Part shown: positions 1-11,119 of the stretch, in pieces | Numbering within the stretch: the first letter of the stretch is position 1 | Layout of the letters: each line of letters starts with the position of its first letter | Assembly (NCBI GenBank): GCA_963719955.1 | Contig: CAVRDV010000001.1 | Coordinates: 230,394-294,393 of the forward strand | DNA: 64,000 nt | Origin: an uncultured Actinomycetota bacterium | GTDB lineage: Bacteria > Actinomycetota > Actinomycetes > Propionibacteriales > Nocardioidaceae | Direction: 5' to 3' | Made by a program: the position numbers and the translations under genes | Notes under the pieces: model-generated | What the model saw: the letters and a program-made list of their open reading frames with translations, nothing else | Databases searched by the model: none | What the model was told of the DNA's origin: nothing

Positions 1-1238
1 GAGGACGTACTGCGGGGAGTAGACCTTGTTGACCAGCAGGAAGCCCGCCACGACCAGGAGGCCGAGCTGCGCCAGGCGCGGGGTGCGCGGCGCCGCCAGC
101 CCGAGCACCAGCACCCCGACGCACCACAGCACGAAGAAGGCCCACGAGACCTCGTTGACCAGCCCCGGCGACGGCACCCAGCCGGTCGGCCTGCTGCGCG
201 ACCAGCCAGAGCGATCCGAGGTCGGCGCCGCGGTCGGCGTTGAACGTCCAGAAGTAGCGCCAGGCGTCCCAGCCGGTCACCCAGGCCGGCGCGTTCACCA
301 CGACGTACGCCGCCCCGGCAGCGCCGCCGGCCATCGCCAGGTCGCGCCAGCGCCGCTCCCGCCAGCAGATCACCACCAGCCCCCCGAGCAGGAACAGCGG
401 ATAGAGCTTGGTGGCGGCGCCGAGCCCGATCATCACGCCGGTCAGCACCGGCCGGCCCCGCGCCCACGCCCAGAGCGCCCCGGCGGCGAGCATCACCGCG
501 AGCAGGTCCCAGTTGACCAGCCCGCTGAGCACCAGCGCCGGGCTGACGGCGAACGCGACGGCGTCCCAGGGGCGGCCGGGGTTGACGCCGGCGAGGAACC
601 ACGCGGCCAGCATCGCCATCAGTCCCAGCCCCACGGCGTTGACCGCGACGAAGATCCGCCGCTCCCGCTGCACGTCGTCGCGGCTGCCGAGGCCCTCGAC
701 CGAGGTGTCGTAGCGCTCGGTGACGTCGGGCGAGCCGGCGAGCAGGTGGGTGGCCCAGGCGGTGCCGTAGGCCCAGTACGAGATGCCGACGGGGTACTCC
801 ATCGCCTGATAGCGCGCCCGCACCTGCTCGTCGTCGGCGTAGGGCCACTCAAGCTCGGCGAAGCCGCGCCGCGAGTAGAGGTAGGGCAGGTCGGAGTAGC
901 ACATGCGCGGCGTAGCGCTGCTGACCGTCGTTCCAGTTGGTCTCGGCGCACGGCTGCTTCTGCACCATGCCGAGGGCGAAGGCCAGCGCGGTCAGCGCCA
1001 GCACCACCCGCACCGGCGTCCACCACGGGTGCCGGCCGGCCCGAGTGCCGATCGGGCCGCCGACCGGCTCCGACAGCGCCTCGACGACGTGGTCGTCCAC
1101 CGTCGGCTGGACCTGCGGTCGGCCGAACCCGTCCGCGCCGGATCCGTTCACGCCGGACCCGTCCCCGCCAGACGCGCGGCGACCGGGTCGCTCCGTACGG
1201 CGGCGGGCGCTGGCCGACTCGGCCCGGTGGCGGGTCAC
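1..1238 (-). CDS. Glycosyltransferase family 87 / DUF2029 membrane protein (Rv0051-like); frameshift near 900; runs off the left edge
   Basis: N-terminus ...GGPIGTRAGRHPWWTPVRVVLALTALAFALGMVQKQPC, then after the frameshift CYSDLPYLY..RG..MEYPVG..NWDLLAV..GAATKLYP; lies directly downstream of ponA as in other actinobacteria. Confidence 0.85.
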
Positions 1239-1248
1239 CGCAGGAGTC

Positions 1249-3612
1249 CTACCAGAGCCGGGGCAGCACGGCCACCAGGCCGCTCAGCAGGTCGGCGGCG
1301 ATGGTGCCGCCGGCGCCCCCAGCCACCGCCACCGCCGCCACCGGTGCTCGGGGTCGGCGTGGGCGTCGGGGTCGGCGTGGGCGTCGGCGTGGGCGTCGGG
1401 GTCGGCGTCGGAGTCGGCGTGGGCGTCGGCTCCTGGGTGGGCGTCGGCTCCTGGGTGGGCGTCGGCTTCTTCGTCTTGGTCTTGGTCGGCTGCGGCGGCG
1501 GCGGCGGGGTGTAGGGCGCGTGACCCTCGGTGGGCGCGTCGCCGTCGACGTACGCCGGCGGCGGGAACTGCTCGACCTCGACGCCCTCCATGTCGGCGCT
1601 GCATCACCGCGGTCCAGGTGCGCGCGGGGTAGGACCCGCCGAAGTACGACGGAAGCCACTCGTCGAGCTTGTCGTCGCCGTCGCCGCGGACGTACATCAC
1701 CGCCGTCGCCACCTGCGGGGTGAACCCGACGAACCACGCCGACGACACATCGTCCTTGTCGTTGGTCGCCGTGCCGGTCTTGCCGGCGGCGGGCCGGCCG
1801 AGGGCCAGGGCGGCGGTGCCGGTGCCGGACGCGACGACCTGCTGCATGGCGTAGGAGACGTCGGCGGCGATGTCCTCGTCGAGGACCCGCTTCGCCGAGG
1901 ACTTGTGGGTGTAGTCCTGGTCGGTGCCCTTGGCGTCGACCTTCTGGATGACGTGAGCGTCGGCCCGCTCGCCGCCGGAGGCGATCGAGGCGTAGGCGTT
2001 GGCCATGTTGATCGGGCTGATCCGGGCGCGGCCCAGCGTGATCAACGTGTCGTCGACCGCCAGGTCGCGGCTGGTGTCGGGAATGCCGGGGTACTCGTCG
2101 TCGGGCTCGTTCGGCGGGATGCCCAGCTCGTTGGCCATGTCGTGGATCGCCTTCGGACCGTCGTCCATGGAGGCGGACATGTCGACGAACGCGGTGTTGA
2201 TCGAGTCTTCCGTCGCCTTGGTCGCCGACACGGCGGAGCCGTAGTCGTTGCCGTCGCCGCCGCCCTCGTTGCGCACGGCCAGGCCGCCGGGGAACTCGTA
2301 GGGGGAGTTGCCCTCGAAGGTGTCCTTGAGCGCGAAGCCCTGGTCCATCGCCGCGGCCAGCGTCACCGGCTTCATCGTCGAGCCGACCATGCCGCCGGAG
2401 ACCGCCCAGTTGATCTGGGAGTCCAGGAAGTCCTGGCCGGCGTAGAAGCCGAGCAGCTTGCCGGTGCCGACCTCCACGGTGGCCGTGGCGACGTGCAGCT
2501 TCTTGTCGGTGATCTTGCCCTGGCCGTCGAACGTCGTCGTCGGGCGCTGGCTGAGCACGCCCTGCTCGGCAGCCTTCATCGCCTTCTCGGTGAACGTCGT
2601 GGTGACCTGCAGCCCGCCGCCGTCGATCTCCTCGTCGGTGTAGCCGAGGTCGGTCAGCTCGCTGCGCACCATCGCCAGCATGAAGCCGTTCTGGCCGCCG
2701 TTCTTGCTGCTGACCGGGATCTTGGGGAACTTCGGCAGCCTCTTGGCGGCCTTGTCGGCCTCCTCCTGGCTGATGTTGCCCATCTCGGCCATGCCCGTCG
2801 AGCACGTAGGTGTAGCGCTCCTGCAGCTGCTGCTTGGACTCCTTGCCGTTGGCCGGGTCGAAGTTGCTCGGGTTGTTGAGGACGCTCGCGAGCACCGCGC
2901 TCTGGCGCAGGTTGAGCTCCTTGGCGTCGATGTCGAAGAACGCCCGGCTGGCGGCCTGCACGCCGTAGGCGCCGCGGCCGTAGTAGATGGTGTTGAGGTA
3001 GCCCTCGAGGATCTCCTGCTTCGACTGCTCGCGCTGCAGCTTGAGGGAGACCATCGCCTCCTTGACCTTGCGCTGCAGGCTGCGCTCGCTGGTGAGGTAG
3101 AGGATCTTGACGTACTGCTGGGTGATCGTGGAGGCGCCCTGCACGTTGCCGCCCTGGGCGTTGTTGAAAGCGGCCCGGAGGATGCCCTTGGGGTCGATGC
3201 CCTTGTTGGTCCAGAAGGTGCGGTCCTCGGCGGCGATCACCGCGTCCTGGAGGTTCTGCGGCATCTGCTTCAGCGAGATGGACTCGCGGTTCTGGGTGGC
3301 GAAGGTGCCGATCGGGGTCTCGCCGTCGGCGTAGAAGACCTGCGTGGTCTGGGTGAGGAACTCCTCGTTGGGGTCCGGCACCTCGGTGCGCTGGTAGACG
3401 TAGACGAACGCGCCGGCGGCGAAGACCGTGCCGAGCAGCCCGAGCACGGTGAGCACCAGGAAGGTCTTGACGAACCGCCGCTTCCAGCGGCCCTTCGCGG
3501 GAGTCCCCTTGCCCTTGGCCTTGGCCTTCGCGGGGGTCTTCGAGGCGCCCTTCGTCGGGGGTCGCGTCGGCGACTTCTTCACGGCGGGGCCGGAGGCACG
3601 GCGCTTGGCCAC
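1249..3612 (-). CDS. ponA: Class A penicillin-binding protein (transglycosylase/transpeptidase); frameshifts near 2790, 1595 and 1320
   Basis: Transglycosylase motifs AAEDRTF, QGASTITQQYVK, YLNTIYYGRGAYG; transpeptidase SxxK (STMK), SIN and KTGT; C-terminal PT repeat. Confidence 0.93.
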   Translation of the reverse strand: MAKRRASGPAVKKSPTRPPTKGASKTPAKAKAKGKGTPAKGRWKRRFVKTFLVLTVLGLLGTVFAAGAFVYVYQRTEVPDPNEEFLTQTTQVFYADGETPIGTFATQNRESISLKQMPQNLQDAVIAAEDRTFWTNKGIDPKGILRAAFNNAQGGNVQGASTITQQYVKILYLTSERSLQRKVKEAMVSLKLQREQSKQEILEGYLNTIYYGRGAYGVQAASRAFFDIDAKELNLRQSAVLASVLNNPSNFDPANGKESKQQLQERYTYVLDGHGRDGQHQPGGGRQGRQEAAEVPQDPGQQQERRPERLHAGDGAQRADRPRLHRRGDRRRRAAGHHDVHREGDEGCRAGRAQPAPDDDVRRPGQDHRQEAARRHGHRGGRHRQAARLLRRPGLPGLPDQLGGLRRHGRLDDEAGDAGRGDGPGLRAQGHLRGQLPLRVPRRPGRAQRGRRRRQRLRLRRVGDQGDGRLDQHRVRRHVRLHGRRSEGDPRHGQRAGHPAERARRRVPRHSRHQPRPGGRRHVDHAGPRPDQPDQHGQRLRLDRLRRRAGRRSRHPEGRRQGHRPGLHPQVLGEAGPRRGHRRRRLLRHAAGRRVRHRHRRPGPRPARRRQDRHGDQRQGRCVVGVVRRVHPAGGDGGDVRPRRRRRQARRVASVVLRRVLPRAHLDRGDAAPTWRASRSSSSRRRRTSTATRPPRVTRPTPRRRRRSRPRPRRRSRRPPRSRRPPRSRRPRRLRRRPRRPRRRPRRPRRPRRPRAPVAAVAVAGGAGGTIAADLLSGLVAVLPRLW
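1349..1470 (-). repeat. Low-complexity (Pro-Thr)n coding repeat in the PBP C-terminus
   Basis: Tandem ggcgtc/ggcgtg hexamers translating to PTPTPT... Confidence 0.9.
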
Positions 3613-3768
3613 GAGTCGGGTCTCCAGGGGGTCGGCTGCGGTGCGGGAAGGACTCGCCCCGCCGGGACGGATGCGGCGCCGGGTGGGCGGCGCGGGCGAA
3701 CCCTACGAGGGTACGGCGCAGCGAGGCGCGCACCCAATCGACTCAGCGGGTTCTCAGGATGTCCCTGC

Positions 3769-5157
3769 TCACGCCGGCGGCGGCTCCGGGTGGTCCGGCT
3801 TCGGGTGGTCCGGCTTCGGGTGGTCCGGCTCGGGCTCCCGGCCGGGATCGTCGTGCTCGCCCTCCCTCGCGGGCCGGGGCGGTGCCGTCGCGGCGCGCAG
3901 CGCCAGCCGGGTCACCCGCCGGCCCGCCATCGCGCTGACCTCCAGCACCCGGCCGTCGGGCGCGGCGACCCGGTCGCCCACCTCGGGGATCCGGCCCAGC
4001 TGCGCCATCACGTAGCCGGCCACGGTGTCGTAGTCGCCCTTGGGCAGCTCCAGCCCGAGCTCGTCCCGGGCGTCGTCGAGCGTGCAGCCGCCCTCGACGT
4101 CGGGGCCGCCCGCGGTCGCCGGCCTCGGCTCCGCGGCGTCGTACTCGTCGCGGATCTCGCCGACCAGCTCCTCCACCAGGTCCTCGAGGGTGACGATGCC
4201 GTCGGTGCCGCCGTACTCGCTGACGACGACGGCCAGATGGTTGCCGCCCTCGCGCATCGTGGTGATCGAGGGCAGCAGCAGGTTGGTGGCTGGAAGCATC
4301 AGCACCGGTCGCATCACGTGGCGGACGCGGCGCTCGTCGTCGGGCTTGATGCCGAGCAGGTCGCGCATGTGCAGGAAGCCGACGACGTCGTCGAAGCCGT
4401 CGCCGATGACGGGGTAGCGGGAGAAGGGGAGCTGGTGCACCCGCGCCGCGGCGTCGACGAGCCGGTCCTTCGCGTGGATGAAGGCGACGTCGGCGCGCGG
4501 TCGCATCACCTCCTTGACCCGCTTCTCGGTGGCCGCGAACACGTCGCCCAGGATCTGCCGCTCGTCCTCCTCGAGGCTCTCGTGGGAGGTGACCAGGGTG
4601 CGCAGCTCCTCCTCCGTCAGGTCCACGCCGGTGGCCGACGGGTCGCCGCCGAGCAGCCGCACCACGGCGTTGGTCGACACCGACAGCAGCCAGATCACCG
4701 GCCGCATCAGCGTCGCGAACCGGTCGAGAACCGGCGCGACCAGGAGCGCGAGCCCAGCCGACTTCTGCAGCGCCAGCCGCTTGGGCGCGAGCTCGCCGAG
4801 CACCAGCGACAGGTAGGCGATCATCAAGGTCAGGATCACCAGCGCGACGGACTCCGCGGCGGTGTCGGGCAGGCCGAGACGCTCGAGGTACGGCGCCAGG
4901 TCGGGGGCCAGCGTCGCGCCGCCGTACGCCGCGGAGAGGAAGCCGGCGACGGTGACCCCGATCTGGACCGCCGCCAGGAAGCGGTTGGGGTCACGGGCCA
5001 GCGCGGCCACCTTCGCGCCGCGCGGGCCGCGCCGCTCGAGCTGGGAGAGCTGGCTCTCGCGCAGCGAGATCAGCGCGATCTCGGTGGCGGCGAACACCCC
5101 GCCGACCGCGACGAAGAGAACGACCAGGGCAGCGCTGACGAGGGTCTGCGAGTCCAT
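3769..5157 (-). CDS. HlyC/CorC (CNNM + CBS) hemolysin-family protein
   Basis: FAATEIALISLR, FLAAVQIGVT, LGELAPKRLAL, VMRPR, FSRYPV, EYGGTDGIVTLEDLVEELVGEIRDEYD; short PDHPK repeats at the C-terminus. Confidence 0.92.
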   Translation of the reverse strand: MDSQTLVSAALVVLFVAVGGVFAATEIALISLRESQLSQLERRGPRGAKVAALARDPNRFLAAVQIGVTVAGFLSAAYGGATLAPDLAPYLERLGLPDTAAESVALVILTLMIAYLSLVLGELAPKRLALQKSAGLALLVAPVLDRFATLMRPVIWLLSVSTNAVVRLLGGDPSATGVDLTEEELRTLVTSHESLEEDERQILGDVFAATEKRVKEVMRPRADVAFIHAKDRLVDAAARVHQLPFSRYPVIGDGFDDVVGFLHMRDLLGIKPDDERRVRHVMRPVLMLPATNLLLPSITTMREGGNHLAVVVSEYGGTDGIVTLEDLVEELVGEIRDEYDAAEPRPATAGGPDVEGGCTLDDARDELGLELPKGDYDTVAGYVMAQLGRIPEVGDRVAAPDGRVLEVSAMAGRRVTRLALRAATAPPRPAREGEHDDPGREPEPDHPKPDHPKPDHPEPPPA

Positions 5158-5216
5158 GCCGGTGACCCTAGCCGCGCCAGTGTGCAGCGCGCTCCTGCCC
5201 GTTTGGGCAGGCGATG

Positions 5217-5237
5217 GATATATCGCTACGATGCATC
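5217..5237. promoter_or_regulatory. Imperfect inverted repeat, probable PadR operator between divergent hlyC and padR-ino1
   Basis: GATATATCG-cta-CGATGCATC (7/9 arm match) immediately before the padR ATG. Confidence 0.55.
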
Positions 5238-5239
5238 GC

Positions 5240-5826
5240 ATGGCACGTCGCGCGGAGACCATCGAGCTGGCGGTCCTCGGTCTGTTGCACGAGGGGCCGA
5301 TGCACGGCTACGAGCTGCGCAAGCGACTCAACCTGATGCTCGGCTGGGGCCGGGTGCTGTCCTACGGCTCGCTCTACCCCACGCTGAAGAAGCTGCTGCG
5401 CGCCGGGCTGATCGAGGAGTCGCCGGGTCACGCGCCGCGGTCACCGGTCGGCCGCAGATCGTCTACTCCGTCACCGAGGCCGGCCACCAGGAGTTCGAGC
5501 GGCTGATGTCGGAGGCCGGGCCCGCGTCGTGGGAGGACGACAACTTCGACATCCGCTTCGCCTTCTTCTCCCGCACCGACATGGAGATCCGGCTGCGGGT
5601 GCTCGAGGGCCGGCGGATGCGGCTGCAGGAGCGGCTCGACCGGGTGCAGCGCGAGCTGTCGATGACCCAGGCCGAGGTCGACCGCTACGCCGCCGAGCTG
5701 CAGCGGCACGGCGTCGAGTCGGTCGAGCGCGAGGTCCGTTGGCTCTCCGACCTGATCCGGGCCGAGCGGGGCGAGCCCGGCGAGGGCGGGGTCACCGCGG
5801 CTCCACAGCCCAGCGGGCCCGCGTAG
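5240..5826 (+). CDS. PadR family transcriptional regulator (Rv0047c-like); frameshift near 5440
   Basis: IELAVLGLLHEGPMHGYELRKRLN..SYGSLYPTL..; later WEDDNFDIRFAFF..VEREVRWL; upstream of ino1. Confidence 0.9.
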
Positions 5827-5913
5827 CCGACGTACCCCCGGTCTTCAGGCACCACCACCTGACACCAGCACCACAGAGTTCACGAGACAGTACGACAGGA
5901 GAAGGAGAGCCCG

Positions 5914-7000
5914 ATGGGTTCGGTTCGAGTAGCGATCGTGGGAGTCGGCAACTGCGCCACCTCCCTCATCCAGGGCGTCCAGTACTACCGGGACGCCGAC
6001 CCGCAGGGCACCGTCCCCGGGCTGATGCACGTCGCCTTCGGCGACTACCACGTCCGCGACGTCGAGTTCGTCGCCGCGTTCGACGTCGACGCGAAGAAGG
6101 TCGGCATCGACCTCTCCGAGGCGATCACCGCCTCGGAGAACAACACGATCAAGATCTGCGACGTGCCGCCGACCGGCGTCACCGTGCAGCGCGGCCAGAC
6201 CCTCGACGGCCTCGGCAAGTACTACCGCGAGACCATCGACGAGTCCGACGCCGAGCCGGTCGACGTCGTCGCGGTGCTCAAGGAGACCGAGGCCGACGTG
6301 CTGGTGTCCTACCTGCCCGTGGGCTCGGAGGAGGCCGACAAGTTCTACGCCCAGTGCGCCATCGACGCCGGCGTGGCCTTCGTCAACGCGCTGCCGGTCT
6401 TCATCGCCTCCGACCCCGAGTGGGCCGCGAAGTTCGAGGACGCCGGCGTGCCGATCGTCGGCGACGACATCAAGTCGCCAGGTCGGCGCCACCATCACCC
6501 ACCGGGTGATGGCCAAGCTGTTCGAGGACCGCGGCGTGGCGCTGGACCGCACCTACCAGCTCAACGTCGGCGGCAACATGGACTTCAAGAACATGCTCGA
6601 GCGCGAGCGCCTGGAGTCCAAGAAGGTCTCCAAGACCCAGTCCGTCACGTCGAACCTGACGGGCTCGCTGGCCGGCAAGGTCCGGGACAAGAACGTCCAC
6701 ATCGGCCCGTCCGACTACGTCGCCTGGCTCGACGACCGCAAGTGGGCCTACGTCCGGCTCGAGGGTCGCGCCTTCGGCGACGTGCCGCTCAACCTGGAGT
6801 ACAAGCTCGAGGTCTGGGACTCCCCCAACTCCGCCGGCATCATCATCGACGCCATCCGTGCCGCCAAGATCGCCAAGGACCGCGGCATCGGTGGCCCGAT
6901 CATCTCCGCGTCGTCGTACCTCATGAAGACCCCGCCCGTGCAGCTGCCCGACGACGAGGGCCGCGCCCGCGTCGAGGCGTTCATCCGCGGCGAGGAGTGA
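5914..7000 (+). CDS. ino1: Myo-inositol-1-phosphate synthase; frameshift near 6478
   Basis: [49 protein letters not shown]. Confidence 0.95.
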
Positions 7001-7102
7001 CGCTCCGCCGCGGGTCCGGCTGGCGGGCAGTGGTGCTGTTTGGATCCAAACAGCAACGTTTCCGGATCTAGGGCCGTCGTTTCCGCCCTCTCGCGAACCA
7101 GC

Positions 7103-7130
7103 GGGCGCCCGGGCTTCGGCCCGGGCGCCC
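7103..7130. terminator. 12-bp stem with C(UUCG)G tetraloop between convergent ino1 and cca
   Basis: gggcgcccgggc-ttcg-gcccgggcgccc. Confidence 0.55.
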
Positions 7131-7206
7131 TGCGTTCTCAGGCCCCCCACCCGCACCTCGCGCGACCGCCACACGCAGGTCGCGCGTTCTCGGCGCGCAT
7201 GTCGCG

Positions 7207-8689
7207 CTACTCGGGGTGGGCGGCGGCCCAGGCGAGCAGGGCCTCGCGGGCGGCTTCCTGCGTCATCGGACCCTCGTCGAGGCGCAGCTCCAGCAGATGG
7301 CGGTACGCCTCGCCGACGCGCGCGGCCAGGACCGATGCCGAGGATCTCCATGATCTGGTTGCCGTCGAGGTCGGGCCGGATCGACGCCAGCTCCTCCTCC
7401 TCCGAGAGCCGGGCGATCCGCGCCTCGAGGTCGTCGTAGGTGCGCTGCAGGCGGTCGGCCTTGCGCTCGTTGCGGGTGGTGCAGTCGGCGCGGGTGAGGA
7501 TGTGCAGGCGCTCGAGCTGGTCGCCGGCGTCGCGGACGTAGCGGCGCACCGCCGCGTCGGTCCACTCGCCCGAGCCGTAGCCGTGGAAGCGCAGGTGCAG
7601 CTCGACCAGCTTGCTCACCGCGTCGATCCGGTCGTTGGAGAAGCGCAGCGCCTGCATCCGCTTGCGCGTCGAGCTTGGCACCGACCACGTCGTGGTGGTG
7701 GAAGGTGACGGTGCCGTCGTCGAGGAAGCGGCGGGTCCGCGGCTTGCCGACGTCGTGCATCAGCGCCGCGAAGCGGCACACGAAGTCCGGCCCGCCCTCC
7801 GGCAGCCGCGACTCGAGCTCGATCGCCTGCTCCAGCACGGTCAGGGTGTGCTCGTAGACGTCCTTGTGCCGGTGGTGCTCGTCGCGCTCCAGCGCCAGCG
7901 CCGGCAGCTCCGGCAGCACCCGCGCGGCCAGACCCGTCTCGCACGAGCAGGGTCAGCCCGAGCCGGGGGTGCGGTGCGCAGACGAGCTTGACCAGCTCGT
8001 CGCGGATCCGCTCGGCGGAGATGATCTCGATCCGCTCGGCCATGGCCGACATCGCCGCGACCACCTCGGGTGCCACGTCGAAGCCGAGCTGCGCGGCGAA
8101 GCGCGCCGCCCGCATCATCCGCAGCGGGTCGTCGGAGAAGGAGTCCTCGGGCGTCCCCGGCGTGCGCAGCACGCCGTGCGCCAGGTCGACGATGCCGCCG
8201 TACGGGTCCTCGAACTCGCGGCCCGGCAACCGCGATCGCCATCGCGTTGACGGTGAAGTCGCGGCGCCCCAGGTCGCCGGTCAGCGTGTCGCCGAAGACG
8301 ACGTCGGGCTTGCGCGAGGACGGGTCGTAGCTCTCGGAGCGGTAGGTCGTGATCTCGACCGTCCAGTCGCCCTTGCGGCAGCCGATGGTGCCGAAGTCAC
8401 GACCGATGTCCCACACGGCGTCGGCCCAGCCCCTGACCAGTCGCTCGATCTCGTCGGGCCGCGCCGACGTCGTGAGGTCGAGGTCGGCGTGGGGACGGCC
8501 GAGCAGGGCGTCTCGCACCGGCCCGCCGACCAGCGCGAGGGTGTGCCCGGCCGCGGCGAAGCGGCGAGCCAGCGGATCGACCACCGGCGCGATCCGGTCG
8601 AGCTCGGCGGCCACCCGTGCCTGGGCGTCGGCGATGCTGAACGGCGGCCGTGCGGAAGGCGACTCCGCCGGCTGGGTGGACGTGGACAC
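7207..8689 (-). CDS. cca: CCA tRNA nucleotidyltransferase with HD domain; several frameshifts
   Basis: LVGGPVRDALLG..DLDLTT, RRDFTVNAMA, FSDDPLRMMRAARF, HHRHKDVYEH, LMHDVGKP, HLRFHGY. Confidence 0.93.
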
Positions 8690-8857
8690 GGGAGACGACT
8701 CTAGTCCCGCCCGCCCTCTCGTCCGCCCACTCCCGCGCCGGTACGGCGACGTCCGCGCGCCCCGGCGCCCGCGGTGGTGACCACCGGGGCGCGGGAGTGG
8801 GCAACCCACCGCAACCACCGGGGCGGGGGGCGGGGCCTCGCTCGCTAGCATCGACGC

Positions 8858-11119
8858 GTGCCAGCCCTCCCGTCGATGCCGCCTGCCCGGAGGGCGGCGG
8901 CCGTGGTCCTCGCGGCCGGCTGCGCGCTGATCGGCACGGTCGTGGGCACCCCGGTGGGTGGGCCCGCCGCGGCGCCGGCCGTCGCCGCCACGGCCGCCCG
9001 CGTCGAGGGCGACCCGCTGACCGTCCAGATCGACAGGGTCGTCCCGGCCGTGATCCCCGAGAGCGGCCGGATCCGGTTGGCCGGCACCGTCACCAACGAC
9101 AGCGACGAGCAGTGGCGGGTGATCAAGGTCTACCCGCTCACCTCGGCGGCGCCCTTCACCACACCGGAGCAGCTCACCGAGGCGGCCGCCTCCGACCCGG
9201 CGCAGCCGTTCGGCAGCCGGATCACCACCGAGGGCAGCTACGACACCGTCGACGTCCTCGACCCGGGGGAGTCGGCGCGATTCCGGGTCCAGGTGCCACG
9301 CACCGAGCTGAAGATCAACAGCGAGCCGGGCGTCTACTGGATCGGCGTCCACACCCTCGGCGAGACCGACGCCGGCCGCGAGGAGGTGCCGATCGCCGAC
9401 GGCCGCGACCGGGTGCTCATCCCGCTCCGTGACCCGCCTGCCACCCAGAAGGCCCGCGCCGCGGCGCAGCCGACCCTCGACACCGCGCTCGTCGTGCCGC
9501 TACGGCACCAGGTGCGCTACTCCTCCGACGGCAGCCTGGCCGGCCCCGACGCCTGGACCGACGAGCTCGAGCCCTCCGGCGCGCTGGGCCGGCTCCTGGA
9601 GATCGCCCGCGGGGCGGGCAGCCGCCCGCTGACCTGGCTGGTGGACCCCGCGGTCACCGATGCGGTGGCCCGACTCGGGCAGGGCAACCCGCCGCGCTCC
9701 CTGTCCGACCCCGAGCCCGACCCCGAGTCCACCGGCGGCCCTGCCGGCGAGCCTGCCGACGGCTCCGCCGCGCCCAGCGACGGCTCCAGCAGAGTGCCGG
9801 ATCCGGACCCCGACGCCGCCGGCGCACCCGGGCGGGCGGTCGCCCCTCCCCCGACCGGCTGGCTCAACCAGATGCGCGCCGCTCTCGCGACCGACCAGGT
9901 CCTCTCGCTGCCCTACGGCGACACCGACGTCGCCGGCGCCGCCGACACCGACCCGGGGATCTACCGGATGGCCCGGCAGCGCGCCGGCCGCCGGGTCGCC
10001 GCGCTCGACCTGCCGTCCGCACCGGTGGTCGCGCCTCCCGGAGGCTTCCTCGACGAGACGGGCTTCGCGGTCGTCGGCGACGAGGCGACCGTGCTCGCCT
10101 CCGACAGGGTCGTCGACCGCAACCTCCGGACCCGCCGGCCGGCCGTCGTCGAGGTGCTCGGTCACCGCGTCTATCTCACCAACAGCGCCGTCGACCAAGG
10201 CTCCGGACCCCGGGAGGACTCGGTGCTCGACGTCCGCCAGCGCATGCTGGCCGAGTCGCTGGTCCGGCTGCTCGGCAAGCGCGGCCCGCTGGTCGTCACG
10301 CTGCCGACCGACGAGACCTCCGGCTGGTCGCCGGCCGACGTCACCGACCTCTTCGCCGCGCTCGACGCGGCCGACTGGGTGAACCTGACCACCCTCGGCG
10401 GGCTCGCCGACCGTCGCGCCCGGTCGATCGCGCCCACCCGCCTGCGCTACCCGGTGCGCATCGAGGGACGCGAGCTCGGCAGCGCGACGTTCAGCACCGC
10501 CCGCGCCCTGATAGCCCGAGGTCACTTGCTCGACAACGTGCTCCCGCTCAACGACTCCGTGGCCAAGCAGGTCGAGGACGAGGCCCTGGCCATCGTCGGG
10601 TACGACGACCGGCCCGACGAGACGGCCGCCCGCGCCGTCGCCGACGCCGCCCACCGCTCGATCGACGCCGAGCTGGCGAAGATCACCGTCGAGACGCCAC
10701 CGTCGGTGACGCTGTCGAGCGACTCGGGCCGGCTCTCGGCCGACGTCGTCAACGGCACCGAGCAGACCGTCCGGGTGCGGATCCAGGCCGCCACCGACCC
10801 CGGCCTGGAGATCACGCCGACGCCGGTGCAGGAGCTCGGCCCCGGCGAGCGGGCCACCGTCCAGATGGAGGCGACGGCCACGACGCTCGCGGTCCACGCG
10901 GTATCGCTGGTCGTCGCCGACGAGAGGGGCCAGCCGGTCGGGACCGCCGCCACGTTCCCGCTGCGGGCCAACCGCGTCAGCCAGGTGATCTGGGTCGTCA
11001 TCGCCCTGGGTGCGCTGCTGCTCTTCACCACGATCGGGGTGCGGCTGTCCCGGCGGATCCGGCGCGGCCTGGCCGATCGGCGCACGCGCGCGCATCGCGG
11101 CCCCGGGGCCGCCTCGTGA
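8858..11119 (+). CDS. DUF6049-family secreted/membrane glycoprotein (LpqB/Rv3909-like position upstream of murJ)
   Basis: Signal peptide, PGVYWIGVH, LTWLVDPAV, LPYGDTD, C-terminal TM helix; synteny cca-[gene]-murJ. Confidence 0.75.
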   Translation: MPALPSMPPARRAAAVVLAAGCALIGTVVGTPVGGPAAAPAVAATAARVEGDPLTVQIDRVVPAVIPESGRIRLAGTVTNDSDEQWRVIKVYPLTSAAPFTTPEQLTEAAASDPAQPFGSRITTEGSYDTVDVLDPGESARFRVQVPRTELKINSEPGVYWIGVHTLGETDAGREEVPIADGRDRVLIPLRDPPATQKARAAAQPTLDTALVVPLRHQVRYSSDGSLAGPDAWTDELEPSGALGRLLEIARGAGSRPLTWLVDPAVTDAVARLGQGNPPRSLSDPEPDPESTGGPAGEPADGSAAPSDGSSRVPDPDPDAAGAPGRAVAPPPTGWLNQMRAALATDQVLSLPYGDTDVAGAADTDPGIYRMARQRAGRRVAALDLPSAPVVAPPGGFLDETGFAVVGDEATVLASDRVVDRNLRTRRPAVVEVLGHRVYLTNSAVDQGSGPREDSVLDVRQRMLAESLVRLLGKRGPLVVTLPTDETSGWSPADVTDLFAALDAADWVNLTTLGGLADRRARSIAPTRLRYPVRIEGRELGSATFSTARALIARGHLLDNVLPLNDSVAKQVEDEALAIVGYDDRPDETAARAVADAAHRSIDAELAKITVETPPSVTLSSDSGRLSADVVNGTEQTVRVRIQAATDPGLEITPTPVQELGPGERATVQMEATATTLAVHAVSLVVADERGQPVGTAATFPLRANRVSQVIWVVIALGALLLFTTIGVRLSRRIRRGLADRRTRAHRGPGAAS

